From assembly GCA_964016885.1 (NCBI GenBank), contig OZ024746.1:55366001-55430000 (forward strand): a stretch of DNA of 64,000 bases, read 5' to 3'. How positions within the stretch are numbered: the first letter of the stretch is position 1; each line of letters opens with the position of its first letter. This document shows positions 60,680 through 64,000 of the stretch, one piece after another. The notes below the pieces were generated by a model. That model did not search any database, was not told where the DNA came from, and saw nothing but the letters and a program-made list of their open reading frames with translations. The position numbers were made by a program, and so were the translations under genes. The stretch is from Eledone cirrhosa. Lineage: Eukaryota.

Positions 60680-61288
60680 TTATAGACATGTAAGTTTGAA
60701 ACAATATACATATGAATATATATCTATATTCAGTGAATCGTTTCAGTACAGATCATTGTTATTGCTGAATGTATTAACCATAGTACCATAGTACACGTTG
60801 CTGTACATGACATGGTATTCTGATTTATCTTTGTGAGGAAATAATGTAAATATTCATAGACATCCTCTAAGATACACAGAGAAACACCTGCCCGAAAACA
60901 TTTTTTGTTTTAACAACAATCTATATATGTTAATAATGTTTGTTTAGACACACAAAAAAAGTTTGGTATATTTTAGCTAATAATTTCACTTACATCAAAT
61001 AGCTTCTAATGAACATAGATTTTAACTTTTTTTATGACGTAAGACTTTGGCAAGGTTTTTAGTATAAAATGGGAAACACACACTCATATATATATATATA
61101 GGAAAAAGTATGACCCCGACGGCAGAGCTCAAGCCGTTTCGACGGCTATTTCTGGACTAAATTAGAATTTAGTACAGAAACAGCCATCGAAACGGTCATA
61201 CTTTTTCCTATTTCCCACTCTACTACGCTAAGTATTGAGTACTCTGGTGTGTTATGGTCCATCTGGTTCCTTACCACAATTCCTTTGT

Positions 61289-61324
<36 letters not shown>

Positions 61325-61923
61325 AACGAGTAGGACCCCGACGGCTGAGCTCTAGCCGTTTCGACGGCTAATTCTGGACTCTCTCTCTCTATATATATAT
61401 ATATATTGTTATATTTGGCGATAATCATGTTGTTAATATTGCCATCAACAAGAAACAGACGACGCACCATATGATGTTCGCATTATCTTTATTGTTCATT
61501 ATTCATTCGTTTGTCTAAGTTCTTTCGTCACACATCCTTTGAAAACCTCAATGAATATCTGTCTCATGCATAGATATATACGTGGTAATATCTATACATA
61601 CTTATTTATATATTATGCATACTTATTTATATATACTACAGTTTCGTGTTAACCCCTCTCTATCGGTATGTTTTTCTTCTGTTTATTTTCTTTTTCTCTC
61701 GTTCTCTTCGCTATAGTCTCTGTTTTTTTTTGTGGTTGTTTTCTTCCCTAATAACTATACCTCTTAGGTATTAGCGCTCTGTGGGTGGATGTTCTGTCTT
61801 TAATGTGCTGAAACATCAGCAACCCACAGCAGACAGCCGAAGAGCGGGAGGAGACTCATGTATGTGTTTCTCTTACGTATAAAAAAAAATTATTAGTAAC
61901 CACACAGCGCCTTTGTCACCTGA

Positions 61924-62040
61924 AGGCGTGTGGCTGAGTGGTTAGAGAATTGGATTCACAATCTTGAGGTTGTGAGTTCGATTCGTAGACCGGGCGATGC
62001 ATTATGTCCTTGGGCAAGACACTTTATTTCACGTTGTTCC
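61924..62040 (+). mobile_element. tRNA-derived SINE head (second family)
   Basis: A-box TGGCTGAGTGG, B-box GAGTTCGATTC, then gtccttgggcaagacactttatttcac. Confidence 0.7.
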
Positions 62041-62165
62041 TTCTACCTGGTGTTGCGACCGATATATAGTACTAGCAACTGGAAAGACCGACGGAAACAT
62101 TGTTTCCTCGGTCCGATTTGATGAAAGTCGATCGATCCAAAATTAAAAAAAATATATATATATAT

Positions 62166-64000
62166 GAGAGTATTGAAGTTTGCCTGAAGCATTGTGGAAC
62201 AATAAGTAAATATCTTTAACTCGTTTGGAAGCCTCGACAATGCAAATGGGTAAATCTCCGGGTAACAAGGTCCGGTGGTGGAGAGAGAGATGTAAGTGGG
62301 TGTACGTTGAGATGTGTGAGATGTGTAGAATGAAGGGAAGAGTATAAAGGATAGAATAAAAATAACAACACAAGAGAGAGTTACCTTGGGAGAGATTTAA
62401 TAGACCCTATATATTACGGATTCACATCCATCAACTGGGGTTTTTTTCCGGGGTGGGGGAAAAGGTTGTCTGTCGGACATGTCCGGAATGCGTCCTTCGC
62501 TGTTTGTTGTTTTGAATATCTGAGGTATTCGGCAGAGCGCGCGTGCGCGTGACATGGGGTCGGTCGTACAGAGGTCAGCGGCCGAATGAGGGAGTGGGAT
62601 GGCGCTAGCTGTCAGTCCATTCTCTGCCTTTTTGTTAAATGTTACTGTGTGTGTGTGTGCGTGTGTTGTTGTCTCGCTTGAGTGTGTGTGTGTGTGCGTG
62701 TGTTATTGCCTTGTTCCTCTGTATTGGCAGTGTAGTATGTTCGTATGGTGGAATGCTACTGTGTGTGTGCGTGTGTGTGTAGTTGCCTCGTATGCGTGTG
62801 TGTGTGTGCGTGTGTGTGTTTGCGTGTGTGTGTAGTTGTCTCGTTTGCGTGTGTGTGTGTGCGTGTGTTGTGTGTTGTTGCATCGATTGTTAACTTAAAC
62901 AAGCCATCTCATTTCGCTTCTCTCTGATCGGTTGTTTATTTGCGGTTGCAGTCGTTTGATAAAAAGCGCTTCCTTGATACGTAACGTGCCGACGTTTCTT
63001 TCAGTCGCTAGAATTGTGACAATGGGCCTCCCGTCTTTGTTTCCGTATTTGTCTATGTGTTTCCGCATTTGTCTATGTGTGTTCCTTGATCCGGATGTGC
63101 AAAGGTCGAATTGTGCTACCTATGTAGTATTGGTTGCACCTGTCACATTCTATCTTATACACGACGTATGTGCGTAGGCAACAGTTCGCATGGCGTATCG
63201 GGCAGTCTCTGAGGGAGCATGCGTCAGTAGATTTTTCGGATTTCTTGGAGAGGCATCTTCGCAGGGAGGGGCCCAAGTGGGCCAGGTGGATGCCGAGGCC
63301 CTCCCTCCGTATAGCCTTGCGGATAGCGTTGGTGGTTTTCTCGCCCAGGTGTGGCATTTTAAGGAAGCACTTGCCTTGGGTGCTTCTCTGTCTCTTGCGT
63401 CTGGTGTCTCGTATTCTGTCTGTGATCGAGGTAGGGTACCCGTTCGTCTCCAGCACCTCGAGGAATCGCTTGGTATGAGTGACACCACTCGCGGTATCGC
63501 TGCATCTGTTTTTGATTCGCGCGATCTCGTTCGTGATGTATCCTCTTTTGGCACTGTTAGGGAGGGCGGACTGGTAGTGAACGATTAGGTCCCTGCAGGC
63601 TGCCTTTCGGTAGAAGTTGCAGTGGATACTTCCCTGTTCCGTGATGTTGATTCGGAAGTCGAGGAGGGCAAGTGACCCGTCTTCGTTGGGTTGTTCAACA
63701 CTGAAGTCAATGTTCTCGTCCGTGTTGTTGAACGTCTCATAGATTCTGTTCGCCGTGTCTTGGGAAAGATGTGAGGATGAGGATATCGTCCACGTACCTT
63801 GAGAAAAAGTCTACGGTGTTGGGGTGGCAGCCGTTGAGTGCCTTGCGTTCGATGTTGTCCATGTAAGAGATAGCTAGCACACCTGATAGGCTTGATCCCA
63901 TGGGCAATCCCGAGGTTTGTTGGTATATTTGGTCAAGGAATCCGAAGTAGGTGTTGTCGACGACGATGGACAGGAGTTGGTGGATGTCAGTGGTGGTGAG
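62166..64000 (-). mobile_element. PLE related to the 56.3-kb element (RT C-terminal half, GIY-YIG, pLTR, tail); runs off the window
   Basis: Reverse complement gives QTSGLPMGSSLSGVLAISYMD, FSRYVDDILI and VVYKIECDRCNQYYIGSTIRPLHIRIKEH. Confidence 0.9.

Noticed and set aside
61924-61995. tRNA gene
   Set aside because: A and B boxes are present but there is no proper acceptor stem, and it continues into a SINE core.

Overview
AT-rich eukaryotic genomic DNA saturated with (TA)n, (CA)n and (CT)n microsatellites. The SINE present (core ...gcctttcatccttacggggtcgataaaata..gtaccag...) resembles octopod cephalopod SINEs; the taxon is my inference. I can support no host protein-coding gene, and nearly all listed ORFs are microsatellite artefacts. 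The real coding content is transposon-derived: several Penelope-like retroelements (PLEs; RT plus GIY-YIG endonuclease), one near full-length with direct pLTRs (56.3-59.8 kb); a decayed maT/Tc1-mariner transposase; and RTE and CR1-type LINE fragments. The main signal is non-coding. I folded about 30 hammerhead-ribozyme (HHR) motifs by eye, from roughly a dozen unrelated families. They sit in (i) retrozyme-like tandem arrays (310 bp, ~430 bp and ~730-1000 bp monomers, one HHR per monomer) and (ii) short elements inserted in (TA)n as two outward-facing inverted arms with family-specific fixed ends, one arm carrying an extra 40-100 nt tail. Three of these families share a conserved tail motif with a covarying hairpin, and several use the U3-A8 variant of the HHR core. 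Folding and alignments were done by eye and boundaries are approximate (about +/-10 nt).
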